From: Hyalangium minutum | GTDB taxonomy: Bacteria > Myxococcota > Myxococcia > Myxococcales > Myxococcaceae | Assembly: GCF_000737315.1 (NCBI RefSeq) | Contig: NZ_JMCB01000004.1 | Span: 20,001-268,000, forward strand | Length of the DNA stretch: 248,000 nucleotides | Direction of reading: 5' to 3' | Notes under the pieces: model-generated | What the model was told of the DNA's origin: nothing | Database searches by the model: none | Seen by the model: the letters and a program-made list of their open reading frames with translations, nothing else | Shown: positions 33,038-44,003 of the stretch, piece after piece | How positions within the stretch are numbered: the stretch's first letter is position 1 | How the letters are laid out: the number at the start of each line of letters is the position of its first letter | Position numbers and translations under genes: made by a program

Positions 33038-34201
33038 TCAGTCCTGCACGAGGGCGAGCAAGTGCCGCGGGTGGTAGAGGTTCCACAGCGGCCCGCGCAC
33101 GGTGTTCATGGACTCGAGGACGAGCTGCTTCCACTCGGCGGGGATGGCGCTCTCTCCGTAGAAGGCGCCCAGGAGCGCGCCGGTGATGGCGCCGTGCGCG
33201 TCTGCGTCCGCCCCCCGGTTCGCCACGTCCACCAGCGCGGCCTCGAGGCTGGGGGCGTGCAGCAGCTCCCAGAAGGCCAGCCGGAAGGCGATGCGCACGT
33301 GGCCGTGGTGGCGGTGCAGGTGCAGCTCCGGTCCGTAGAGCATGGGGTTCTGTTGCTGCGCTGCCTCCAGGTCCGCCCAGAGCAGGGACTTGGCGAACGA
33401 CACCTCTTCCACGTAGTCGGACAGCGAGCGGGCCAGCGCCGCCGCGCCAATGGAGAGCCCCTTCTGCGCGGCGATGAGGAGGTCCGAGGGCTGGAGCTTG
33501 TCGCCGCCGGTGATGGCCCTGGCGATGGCCTCGTTCAGGGCCACGCAGGCGAGCTGGCAGCGCGGATCGTAGTGGGTGAGGGCGGAGTCGTCGAACGAGG
33601 CCTGAAGGCGGGCCGCATCATCCTTGGCGAAGAAGACGCCGATGGGGGCCGTGCGCGCCAGGCTGCTGTTGGTGCAGGAGCGGCGGAAGCCTCGGATCCA
33701 CACGCGACGCCCCGAGGTGAGCGCGGGCATGCCTGCGTCCATCTCGTTGAGCACCTCGCGCATCGGATCGCTCATGTCGAAGGCGACGGGCTTCCAGGCG
33801 CGGTAGCGGCGGACGACGTCCGAGGCGTTGTAGCTCTTCACCTCTTTCAGGCTCCAGGCAATGCAGCACGCCATGTGCGTCTCGTCCGTCACCTGGCCCT
33901 TGCGCAGCTCCACCACCGGAGGAGGCAGCTCGCCGTTTTCGGGGATCCCCTCGGGGAAGTCCTCGTAGTTGGCCGTCATGGGATCCTGGGGGATCCGGGA
34001 CTTGAACTTGCCGCCCATGGGCATGCGGCGCATGCCGTCCGCCAGCTGGGGGAAGAGGGGGGCCAGGAGGTTGCGGCCTCGCATGGGCGCCCCGAGCGCG
34101 TCCCCTACGGCCAGGCCCAGCAGCGCACCTCGGCTCCGCTGGCCCGGGAGGGGATCCGGACCCTTCTGTTTCGGAGGTGGTCGGCGCGGCGGGGGAGGCA
34201 T
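33038..34201 (-). CDS. ADP-ribosylglycohydrolase family protein
   Basis: GLAVGDALG, TDET, DADAHGAITGALLG. Confidence 0.88.
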   Translation of the reverse strand: MPPPPRRPPPKQKGPDPLPGQRSRGALLGLAVGDALGAPMRGRNLLAPLFPQLADGMRRMPMGGKFKSRIPQDPMTANYEDFPEGIPENGELPPPVVELRKGQVTDETHMACCIAWSLKEVKSYNASDVVRRYRAWKPVAFDMSDPMREVLNEMDAGMPALTSGRRVWIRGFRRSCTNSSLARTAPIGVFFAKDDAARLQASFDDSALTHYDPRCQLACVALNEAIARAITGGDKLQPSDLLIAAQKGLSIGAAALARSLSDYVEEVSFAKSLLWADLEAAQQQNPMLYGPELHLHRHHGHVRIAFRLAFWELLHAPSLEAALVDVANRGADADAHGAITGALLGAFYGESAIPAEWKQLVLESMNTVRGPLWNLYHPRHLLALVQD

Positions 34202-34241
34202 GGGCAGGGGGTGGACGGGCCTTCAGGGGTGGACACTGTAG

Positions 34242-35594
<1,353 letters not shown>

Positions 35595-35600
35595 GGCGAC

Positions 35601-36389
35601 GTGACCCAGGCCCGACGCCCTCGCATCCTGGTCTCCAATGATGATGGGTACTTCTCGGACGGGCTGAAGGCGCTGGTCGAGGCCGTCAGCCCGCTCGGGG
35701 AGGTGTGGGTGGTGGCGCCGGACCGCGAGCAGAGCGCGGCCTCGCACGCCATCTCCCTGCACCGCCCCCTGCGCATCAAGGAGATCCGCGAGCGCTGGTT
35801 TGCCGTGGATGGCACCCCTGCGGACAGCGCTTATCTGGCGATCAACCACCTCCTCAAGGATGATCGCCCCCAGCTCATGGTGTCTGGGATCAATCACGGC
35901 GCGAATCTGGCGGACGACGTCACCTACTCGGGGACCGTCGCCGCCGCCATGGAGGGGGCCCTGCTTGGGGTGCCCTCCATCGCGTTCAGCCTCGCCTCCC
36001 ACGCGCCGTTCGACTTCAAACCCGCGGCCCGGTTCGCCCGTGCGATCGTGGCCGAGGCCCTGTCGCGGACGCTGCCTCCGCGGATGCTGTTGAACGTGAA
36101 CATCCCCGGCGGCGTGGAGCCGGAGGGCTACGTCGTCACCCGGCTCGGGCGGCACAGCTACGGCTATGCCGTGACCGAGAACGTCGATCCGCGGGGCAAG
36201 AAGTACTACTGGATCGGCGGCAGCGAGTACGAGCACGAGGACATCCCCGGCAGCGACTGCAACGCCGTCCACCTGGACAAGCGCGTCTCCGTCACGCCGC
36301 TGCACCTCGATTTGACCGATCACAGCCGGCTCTCCGATCTCGCGGGGTGGACGATCGAGGGCTTCCGGCGCTCCGGGTCGGGTGGGTGA
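35601..36389 (+). CDS. surE: 5'/3'-nucleotidase SurE
   Basis: SNDDG, SGINHG, YSGT. Confidence 0.96.
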   Translation: MTQARRPRILVSNDDGYFSDGLKALVEAVSPLGEVWVVAPDREQSAASHAISLHRPLRIKEIRERWFAVDGTPADSAYLAINHLLKDDRPQLMVSGINHGANLADDVTYSGTVAAAMEGALLGVPSIAFSLASHAPFDFKPAARFARAIVAEALSRTLPPRMLLNVNIPGGVEPEGYVVTRLGRHSYGYAVTENVDPRGKKYYWIGGSEYEHEDIPGSDCNAVHLDKRVSVTPLHLDLTDHSRLSDLAGWTIEGFRRSGSGG

Positions 36390-37357
36390 GGTTGGCTGGC
36401 CGGTGTCTCAGCCGAGCGGGCTTGGCGCTCCTCCTGGTTCTCGGCGCCACCGGGTGTGCCAGCTCTCAGTCTGCCTCGCGCCCCCGAGGGCTCGAGGCAC
36501 CGCCGTCTCCCTCGGAGGTTGAGGCACGGGCTCCCGCGAAGGGAACCGCGCCTGCTCCCGGGGCCTCTGCCTCCGCGTCATCGGCCTCTCTGCCCATCAC
36601 CTTGCGGGCCGCGCATCCCGAGCCGGAGCTTCTCACCGTCCGTCACAAGGTGGCGCCCGGAGAGACGGTGTTCCGCATTGCTCGCTCGTATGGCGTCACT
36701 GTGGACGACTTGAAGGCCGCCAATGGCATCAAGGATCCCCGGAGCCTCTCCGTGGGACAGGAGCTGCTCATCCCCACCGTGCCTCCCGAGGACGAGGCAC
36801 CTGAGCCCCCAGATGAGCCTCACGTGGAGCCCGATGTGGGGCCCGCGCCGGGGAAGGGTGGGGCGCCTCGGGTTGTCGTGGGCCGGGATGATCTGCCGCC
36901 TCGGCCTCGTCTGCAGGAGAAGCCCACGCCTCCTCGGAAGGGGGGCAAGGCCTCGCGGCCCGAGCCAGCGACCAAGGGGATGCTCGACTGGCCGTTCCGA
37001 GGCGTGCTGTACGGCCGCTTTGGCAAGAAGGGCCGCGAGCCCCACGACGGCATCGACCTGGCGGCCCCGGCGGGAACTCCGGTCCAGACGGCCCAGGAGG
37101 GCACTGTCCTCTATGCGGGCGAGCAGAAGGGTTACGGCCTCATCGTCATCGTCCAGCACCCCAACGGCCTCATTACGCTCTACGCCCACAACCGGGATCT
37201 GCGAGTGAAGACCGGGCAGACCGTGCGTCGCTCCCAGGTAGTGGCCACGGTGGGAGAGTCCGGGCGGACGTCGGGTCCCCACTGCCACTTCGAGGTCCGC
37301 CTGGAGGGCAAGCCCGTGGACCCGCTGGACTACCTCGGGCCTCTCCCGTCCTCCTGA
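36386..37357 (+). CDS. LysM + M23 peptidase lipoprotein (NlpD-like)
   Basis: LysM repeat, HDGID, HCHFE; follows surE. Confidence 0.88.
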   Translation: MRLAGRCLSRAGLALLLVLGATGCASSQSASRPRGLEAPPSPSEVEARAPAKGTAPAPGASASASSASLPITLRAAHPEPELLTVRHKVAPGETVFRIARSYGVTVDDLKAANGIKDPRSLSVGQELLIPTVPPEDEAPEPPDEPHVEPDVGPAPGKGGAPRVVVGRDDLPPRPRLQEKPTPPRKGGKASRPEPATKGMLDWPFRGVLYGRFGKKGREPHDGIDLAAPAGTPVQTAQEGTVLYAGEQKGYGLIVIVQHPNGLITLYAHNRDLRVKTGQTVRRSQVVATVGESGRTSGPHCHFEVRLEGKPVDPLDYLGPLPSS

Positions 37358-37378
37358 GGCAGGCAGGCGGGGAGGGGG

Positions 37379-38635
37379 ATGGCTCTCGGCGCCGATTCTC
37401 CTAGAGTGTCGCCGGTGAAGCGCCTTAGCCCCCTGATCTTCCTCTCGCTGCTGCTCTCGACGGCTGCCTGGGCCCAGACCCCTGCTCCCGCCGAGGAGCC
37501 GGCGTCCTCGTCCGCTTCTCTTGCCGCGCCTGTCGCGCCCGCAGCGCCTCCCGAGGCTGCTCCCGCGACGCCTCCGGCTGAAGCTCCTGCGGCTGAAGCT
37601 CCTGCGGCAGTGGCACCTCCCGCTGCCACGGCGGCCCCCGAGCAGAAGCCTGCGTCCGAGAAGAAGCCGTCCGACGCCTCGCCGTTGCCCACCGTGGCCG
37701 TGCTCGCGCTCGAGTCCAACAAGGCAGCTCAGGAGGCCGCGCCCGGCATTGCCTCGCTCATCGCGAGCCGGCTTGCTGACTCTCCCAAGCTCAAGGTGCT
37801 CACCCAGCGGGACATCGAAACGATGCTGAGCACCGAGCGCCAGCGCCAGCTGCTGGGCTCTGGCTCGTGCTCCAGCAAAGGCCCCTGCCTCGAGGAGCTA
37901 TCGAACGCCATCGGCGCCCAGTATGTGGTGGCCGGGCGGCTGGACCGCTTCGGGGACAAGTACCTGCTCACCGTCAGCCTGCTCGACACGTTCTCGGGAC
38001 GCAGCCTGGCCCGGCCCGCCGCCGAGGCCCCCAGCACCGAGGATCTCCTCCAGGTTGCGGATGCCGTCGGAGAGCAGCTGCTCGCCGAGCTGGCGCCCGA
38101 GGGCGAGACGCGCGCGGCCCGGCCGCTATTCGGCAGCGCCAGGGAGACCCCCGGCGGTGGTCTCGTGCTGGGGTTGCGCATCAACAACAGCTTCATCTCC
38201 AACATCCAGGCCCTCAACCCCGGCGCGGACCTCGAGGTGGGCTATGCCTTCCATCCCGAGTGGGTGGGCTTCCTCCAGGTGGGCATCACCTTCATCCGGG
38301 CGAATGGCGATGAGAGCGAGTCCGGCCGTCTCCGCATCCTGCCCAGCCTGCTCGGGGCCCGTCATTACTACCGGCTGCAGCACGCCTTCCGGCCGTACTG
38401 GGGGCTGGGGCTCGGCGTGCAGCTCGCGTTCGGGCAGTTCGGCATCTTCGAGTCCACCGGCTCGCTGCCCACAGTGATCGGCTTCTTCGGCGCCGAGTAC
38501 CTCATTGGCGGCAAGTTCGGCATCCACCTCGAGGCCGGCACCAATCTCGCTCAGGCCACGCTGGGCCTCGCGGACAACGGGCTCGGGGATGGGCTCAACC
38601 TCGATCTCACCGCTGGCATCCTGTACCACTTCTGA
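37379..38635 (+). CDS. Secreted protein, TolB/CsgG-like N domain plus beta-barrel-like C-terminus
   Basis: Signal peptide, Ala/Pro linker, alternating strands ending in F. Confidence 0.55.
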   Translation: MALGADSPRVSPVKRLSPLIFLSLLLSTAAWAQTPAPAEEPASSSASLAAPVAPAAPPEAAPATPPAEAPAAEAPAAVAPPAATAAPEQKPASEKKPSDASPLPTVAVLALESNKAAQEAAPGIASLIASRLADSPKLKVLTQRDIETMLSTERQRQLLGSGSCSSKGPCLEELSNAIGAQYVVAGRLDRFGDKYLLTVSLLDTFSGRSLARPAAEAPSTEDLLQVADAVGEQLLAELAPEGETRAARPLFGSARETPGGGLVLGLRINNSFISNIQALNPGADLEVGYAFHPEWVGFLQVGITFIRANGDESESGRLRILPSLLGARHYYRLQHAFRPYWGLGLGVQLAFGQFGIFESTGSLPTVIGFFGAEYLIGGKFGIHLEAGTNLAQATLGLADNGLGDGLNLDLTAGILYHF

Positions 38636-38652
38636 AGTCTGGAGCCCCGTTT

Positions 38653-39792
38653 ATGCCTTCGCGCCTGCGCGCTCTGTCGCTGCTCGCCTTGCTCGCCACA
38701 GCGGCTTGTGACGACACGCCCAAGATCGATCCCAAGGACCGCGCTGAGGGCCTCTACGTGAAGGGCAATGCCGAGTATCTGCACGGCGACTTCGATCAGG
38801 CGCTCGCCTCGTTCGCGGAGATGAAGCAGCTGGCGCCCAATGACCCGCGCCTGCCCGCCGCCGTGGGCGAGGTCTACCTCTCCATGGGCAAGTACGCCGA
38901 GGCGCTCACCGAGTTCCAGGCGGCGCTGGCGCTCGATCCGAAGCGCTCCACCACCTGGAGCCGCATCGGCTTCATCCAGGCGCAGACGGGCAAGTACGAG
39001 GAGGCCATGAGCTCGCTGCGCAAGGCCATTGGCCTGTATCCCAAGGACTTCAACGCGCTGGAGCAGCTGGCGGAGATCCACCACAAGCGCGGAGAGAACG
39101 ACGAGGCCGTCCGCCACTTCACGCTCGCCGCCGAGGTCAGCCCCGAGAAGCTCAAGCCCGACTATCTGCTCAAGGCGGTGGAACTGCTCCAGCAGGACAG
39201 CCGGCACGCGGAGGCGCTCACCCTGTTGCAGAAGTGGGTGGGGCAGGGCGTTCGTACCTCTGAGGTGCTCTCGGTCTTTGGGGACGAGCAGGTGCGCGCC
39301 GGGAAGATGGACGAGGCGGCCGCCGCCTACAAAGAGGCCGCGCAGAAGTCGCCCAAGGATCCCTCGATGTGGGAGCTCGTCGGCCGCATCTACGCCAGTC
39401 AGGGCAAGAGCGCGGACGCGCTCGCGGCGTTCCGCGAGTCCCTCAAGGTGAAGGACCGCGCTCTGGTGCACGTGGCCATCGCGCAGCTCCACCTGGCTCA
39501 GAAGGACCGCAAGGCCGCCGAGGAGGAGCTGAGCAAGGCGCTGGAGACGGCTTCCGGCGAGGACGTGCGCGAGTTGATCGAGCTGTCGGAGCTGCTCGTG
39601 ACGATGGAGCGCAAGCCGGACGCGCTGCGCATCCTCAGCAACCTGGCCGCCGAGCCGGACAACGCGAACAACGAGGAGCTGCAGCTGCGCACTGCCCGGC
39701 TGGCGCGCGACCTGAAGGACACCGCGACCGTGAAGACCGCCTGCTCCCGCATCACCGGGAAAGACGGAGGCGGTGCCCCCGCCTGCCCGTAA
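38653..39792 (+). CDS. TPR lipoprotein
   Basis: Lipobox TAAC; TPR repeats. Confidence 0.8.
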   Translation: MPSRLRALSLLALLATAACDDTPKIDPKDRAEGLYVKGNAEYLHGDFDQALASFAEMKQLAPNDPRLPAAVGEVYLSMGKYAEALTEFQAALALDPKRSTTWSRIGFIQAQTGKYEEAMSSLRKAIGLYPKDFNALEQLAEIHHKRGENDEAVRHFTLAAEVSPEKLKPDYLLKAVELLQQDSRHAEALTLLQKWVGQGVRTSEVLSVFGDEQVRAGKMDEAAAAYKEAAQKSPKDPSMWELVGRIYASQGKSADALAAFRESLKVKDRALVHVAIAQLHLAQKDRKAAEEELSKALETASGEDVRELIELSELLVTMERKPDALRILSNLAAEPDNANNEELQLRTARLARDLKDTATVKTACSRITGKDGGGAPACP

Positions 39793-39804
39793 CTACCCGG
39801 GACG

Positions 39805-40467
39805 TCAGTTCCGCCCGCCGGGCAGCTTGCGGTACACGCCCACGACGATCCCCAACAGCATCGTCGAGCGGAAGTCCGCCTTGTTCACGTAGATGGGCTG
39901 CATGTCCTTGTTCGCCGGCTGGAACCGGATGCGCTCGCCCTCGGGGAAGTAGCGCTTCACCGTCGCCTCATCCTCGATGAGTGCCACGACGATGTCCCCC
40001 GGCTGCGCCGCCGGCGTCTTGCGCACGAACAGGTAGTCCCCGTCGTGGATGCCATCCTCGATCATCGACTGGCCCTTCACTCGAAGCGCGAACACCTCGC
40101 GGCCCGCGCCTCCAATGAGGAAGCTGTCGATCTTGACCGAGTCCTCCATGTTCTCCTGGGCCAGCAGCGGCGCGCCTGCCGCCACCTTGCCCAAGAGCGG
40201 CACGTCCACCAGCCCCGAGTCCTTCTTCGCCCCCAGCCCCAGTAGCATCCGCGCCCGCTTGGTCGGCACCAGCGACCGGCTCTGCTGCTCGCCCCGGTTC
40301 AGGTAACCCTTGCGCTCCAGCGCCTTGAGGTGATCGTTCACCCCGTTGGTCGAGCGGATGTCCATCTGCTCGCCAATCTCGCGGATGGTGGGGGGAAACC
40401 CTCGGGACTCCGTCTCCTTCACGATGAAGGTGAGAATCTCGCGCTGGCGCTCCGTTAGCTCTTCCAT
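39805..40467 (-). CDS. lexA: SOS repressor LexA
   Basis: PPTIREI, VAAG cleavage site, GQSM. Confidence 0.96.
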   Translation of the reverse strand: MEELTERQREILTFIVKETESRGFPPTIREIGEQMDIRSTNGVNDHLKALERKGYLNRGEQQSRSLVPTKRARMLLGLGAKKDSGLVDVPLLGKVAAGAPLLAQENMEDSVKIDSFLIGGAGREVFALRVKGQSMIEDGIHDGDYLFVRKTPAAQPGDIVVALIEDEATVKRYFPEGERIRFQPANKDMQPIYVNKADFRSTMLLGIVVGVYRKLPGGRN

Positions 40468-40540
40468 GCCTCACTCCCTCCCTCGGTGGGGGGCCCTGGC
40501 CGCTTTGGACCAGGGCAACAGGCTTTCAGTGTCCATGCTC

Positions 40541-40557
40541 CCTGAACAGGCGTGTAG
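40541..40557 (-). promoter_or_regulatory. Myxobacterial LexA box upstream of lexA
   Basis: CTACACGCCTGTTCAGG matches M. xanthus consensus CTRHAMRYBYGTTCAGS. Confidence 0.88.
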
Positions 40558-40673
40558 AGTCAATCGTTTCGAGCAGGCAGGCGAGCCGACCCTTCGGGTT
40601 GCCTCCTTCCCTTCAGGGCTCTGTGAGAGAACTTGAGGTTTCGCACTGATCTGGGCGTACAATTTCTCCCGTC

Positions 40674-43600
40674 TTGTCCGAGCTACGACACACCCTGCTT
40701 CTCGTCGATGACGAGGCGGATGTACTGGACATCCTCGTCCGGATGTTCCAGCGGCAGTACCGCGTCCTCACCGCCACCTCCGGTCAGGAGGCTCTGTCCA
40801 TCCTCCGGACCCAGACGGTAGATGTCCTCATCACCGACCAGCGCATGCCCGAGATGACGGGCATCGAGCTCGTGTCGGCCTCCCGCGCCGAGGGCATCGA
40901 CGTCACCACGTTGCTGCTCACCGGCTACACGGACCCCGAAGACATCATCGCCGCCATCAACCAGGGCCAGGTCTACCGCTACATCACCAAGCCCTGGGAG
41001 GTGAATGATCTCCTCATCACCGTGCGCAACGCGGTGGACTACACGCAGCTGCGCCGCGACAAGGAGCGGCTTCTGCGCCAGCTCCACCAGCGCGTCGAGG
41101 CCCTCTTCGTCCTCTACGAGGTGAGCCGCGCCAGTGCCTCGGACCCGCCGAGCTACGAGGCCATCATCGACCGCGTGCTCAGCGCCGTGGCCCGTGTGCT
41201 GCCGTACGACTGCGGCGCCGCGCTCATTGCCCCGGATGACGCGCGCTCGGCCATCCTGCGTCTGCGTTGTCTGGGAACCGTGGGCGAGAAGGCCCTGCTG
41301 GGTGTGAAAGAGTCCATGCTCGGAGCCTACCGCCGCAGCTCCGGCCAGCTCCTGCCCGAGGACCGGCTCACCACCCGCGTCACTGGCACCATCACCCAGG
41401 ACTCCAGCGCTCCGGCCGTCTACCCGAGCCAGGTCACCGTCAGCCTCGTGGCCGGCGGCAAGCCCGTGGGCATGCTGTCGCTGTTCTCTCAGAACCCTCA
41501 GGCGTTCAGCGAGGACGATGGCGTGCTCTTGGACACGCTGGCCAACCAGACCGCAGACGCCATCCAGTCCCTGCGCGCCGTGGAGGAAGAGGCCCGCCGC
41601 CGCATCGAGCGCATGGTCGAGTCCATGGCCGACGGCGTGCTCCTCACCGATGAGGCGGACGCTATCGTCGTCATCAACCCCGCCGCACGGCGCCTGCTGC
41701 GCCTGGGCGAGGACGTGGGCACGCTCACCGGCCGCATGTTGGAGGAGCGCCTGGGTTTCGAGCCTTCCGAGCTCATTCGCGGCTGGGAGTACAGCGGCTC
41801 GCAGGTGCTCGAAGAAGAGGTCGAGCTGTTCGAGCGCCACATCCAGTGCACCGTCACCCCAGTGAATGACGCTCGCGGCACCGTGCGCGGTGTCTGCGTG
41901 GTGCTGCGCGACGTCACCGAGCAGAAGGTGCTCGAGGAGCGCAAGGACGAGTTCGTCTCCATGGTGAGCCACGAGCTGCGCACCCCGCTCACGTCCATCT
42001 CCGGCGCGCTGGACCTGGTGCTCAACTTCCTCGCGGGCCCCATCAACGAGAAGCAGCAGAAGTACCTGGCGATGGCCAAGGACTCCACCGAGAAGCTCAA
42101 CACCCTGGTGGATGACCTGCTGGATCTGGCCAAGTTCGCCAAGGGCCGGCTGCAGATGAACTTCGAGCTGACGTACCTCGACGAGCTGGTCCGCCGCGCC
42201 GTCGAGAAGTACGGCCCCGCCTTCCAGGAGCGGCGGGTGAAGGTGAACACCGCGCTGCCCCAGTACGGCTTGCGCGTCATGGCCGATCCCAACCGCGTCA
42301 ACCAGGTGCTCAACAACCTGCTGACCAACGCGGCCAAGTTCACCCCCGAGGGCGGCGAAGTCACCCTGGAGCTGCGCGCCACCTCGTCCCTGCCGGGCTT
42401 CGTGTCGCTGTCCTGCTGGAACAGCGGCGAGCCCATCGCCGACGAGAACCTCGAGCGCATCTTCGACCGCTTCGAGCAGGCCCGCACCCCGTCCAATCGC
42501 ACCGTGCGTGGCACTGGCCTGGGGCTCGCCATCTGCCGCCACATCGTCGAGGCCCACGGTGGCCGCATCTGGTGCGAGCCCAGCGTCCAGGGCGTGCGCT
42601 TCGTCACCGTGCTCCCCGTGGAGCCTCCCCAGGAGCTGCTCCGTCCCGACGCCAACGAGATCCCTTATCAGGCCCGCAAGCTCGATTCGCGCGGCCGGGT
42701 GCTCGTCATCGAGGGCGAGGTGGAGCTCGCCTACATCATCAAGGCGCTGCTGCTCGGGCGCGGATATGCGGTGCACATCGCCAGCACCGCCGAGGAGGGC
42801 ATCCAAGCCGCTCGGCGCCACCACCCGGACGCCGTCCTCGTGGCCGTGCGCCTGCCCGACGTGGACGGACTGCGCCTCACCGAGATCCTCCGGCACGATC
42901 CCGACACCCGGCGCACGCCGCTGCTCGTGAACTCCTCGTTCGATGAGCGCCAGCGCGCGTTCCGCTCGGGCGCGGACGCCTTCCTGTTGCGGCCCCTCAT
43001 GGTGGACAAGCTCCTGGCCACCGTGGACTCGCTGGTGCGCGGCCGCACCGGCCAGCAGCATGGCCGCGTGCTCGTCGTGGACGACGACGCGAAGATCGGC
43101 AGCATCTGCGGCGAGGTGCTCGCCAGCCTCGGGTTTGAAGTGACGGTGGTCGGCTCGCTCGAGGAGGCCCGGAAGATTCTCCGCGAGCGCCGCCCGGACG
43201 TCGTCCTCCTGGACGTGACGCTGCCGGACGGCGACGGCTTCGTCTTCATCGAGGAGATCAAGGCCGAGCGCGCCAGCGGCCACATCTCCGTCATCTTCCT
43301 GTCGGCCCGCGCGGAGACGGCCTCGAAGATCCGCGCCCTCAAGCTGGGCGGCGACGACTACATCACCAAGCCCTTCGATGCCCTGGAACTGGGCGCTCGC
43401 GTGGAGAGCGTGCTGCGCCGCAAGGAGCAGGAGCTGTCGGCCTCGCCCACCACGCAGCTGCCGGGCTCCAATGCCATCGAGCGCGAGGTGCAGCGCCGCC
43501 TCATGGCCCGCAAGCCCTTCGCCTTCTGCTACCTCGATCTCGACAACCTCAAGGCCTACAACGACTACTACGGCTTCGCGAAGGCCGATGGTGTCGTGCG

Positions 43601-44003
43601 TCAGACGGGCGACCTGCTGCGGGACATCTTCGCGCAGGAGGGCGTGCCCGGAGACTTCCTGGGCCACGTGGCGGGCGATGACTTCGTCTTCATCGTCGCC
43701 CCCGAGTCCGTGGACCGCATCTGCCAGCGCGCCATCGAAGCGTTCGACCGCATCATCCCGCTCTATTATGATCGGCAGGACCGCGAGCGCGGCCACATCG
43801 AGGCCGAGGACCGGTTCGGAGAGAAGCGGAAGTTCCCCATCATGAGTGTCTCCATCGTGGCGGTGATGAGCGACGGTGTGGCCCTGGATCACGCGGAACT
43901 GGCGCGGCGCGCCGCGGACATGAAGAAGCGCGCCAAGGCCATTCAAGGCTCCATCTACCTGCGCAGCGACCGCGAGCGGGAGACCCGGACCGTCACCGGA
44001 TGA
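40674..44003 (+). CDS. Multi-domain hybrid kinase (REC-GAF-PAS-HK-REC-REC-GGDEF-like)
   Basis: HELRTP, GTGLGL, three receivers, degenerate AGDDF. Confidence 0.9.
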   Translation: MSELRHTLLLVDDEADVLDILVRMFQRQYRVLTATSGQEALSILRTQTVDVLITDQRMPEMTGIELVSASRAEGIDVTTLLLTGYTDPEDIIAAINQGQVYRYITKPWEVNDLLITVRNAVDYTQLRRDKERLLRQLHQRVEALFVLYEVSRASASDPPSYEAIIDRVLSAVARVLPYDCGAALIAPDDARSAILRLRCLGTVGEKALLGVKESMLGAYRRSSGQLLPEDRLTTRVTGTITQDSSAPAVYPSQVTVSLVAGGKPVGMLSLFSQNPQAFSEDDGVLLDTLANQTADAIQSLRAVEEEARRRIERMVESMADGVLLTDEADAIVVINPAARRLLRLGEDVGTLTGRMLEERLGFEPSELIRGWEYSGSQVLEEEVELFERHIQCTVTPVNDARGTVRGVCVVLRDVTEQKVLEERKDEFVSMVSHELRTPLTSISGALDLVLNFLAGPINEKQQKYLAMAKDSTEKLNTLVDDLLDLAKFAKGRLQMNFELTYLDELVRRAVEKYGPAFQERRVKVNTALPQYGLRVMADPNRVNQVLNNLLTNAAKFTPEGGEVTLELRATSSLPGFVSLSCWNSGEPIADENLERIFDRFEQARTPSNRTVRGTGLGLAICRHIVEAHGGRIWCEPSVQGVRFVTVLPVEPPQELLRPDANEIPYQARKLDSRGRVLVIEGEVELAYIIKALLLGRGYAVHIASTAEEGIQAARRHHPDAVLVAVRLPDVDGLRLTEILRHDPDTRRTPLLVNSSFDERQRAFRSGADAFLLRPLMVDKLLATVDSLVRGRTGQQHGRVLVVDDDAKIGSICGEVLASLGFEVTVVGSLEEARKILRERRPDVVLLDVTLPDGDGFVFIEEIKAERASGHISVIFLSARAETASKIRALKLGGDDYITKPFDALELGARVESVLRRKEQELSASPTTQLPGSNAIEREVQRRLMARKPFAFCYLDLDNLKAYNDYYGFAKADGVVRQTGDLLRDIFAQEGVPGDFLGHVAGDDFVFIVAPESVDRICQRAIEAFDRIIPLYYDRQDRERGHIEAEDRFGEKRKFPIMSVSIVAVMSDGVALDHAELARRAADMKKRAKAIQGSIYLRSDRERETRTVTG

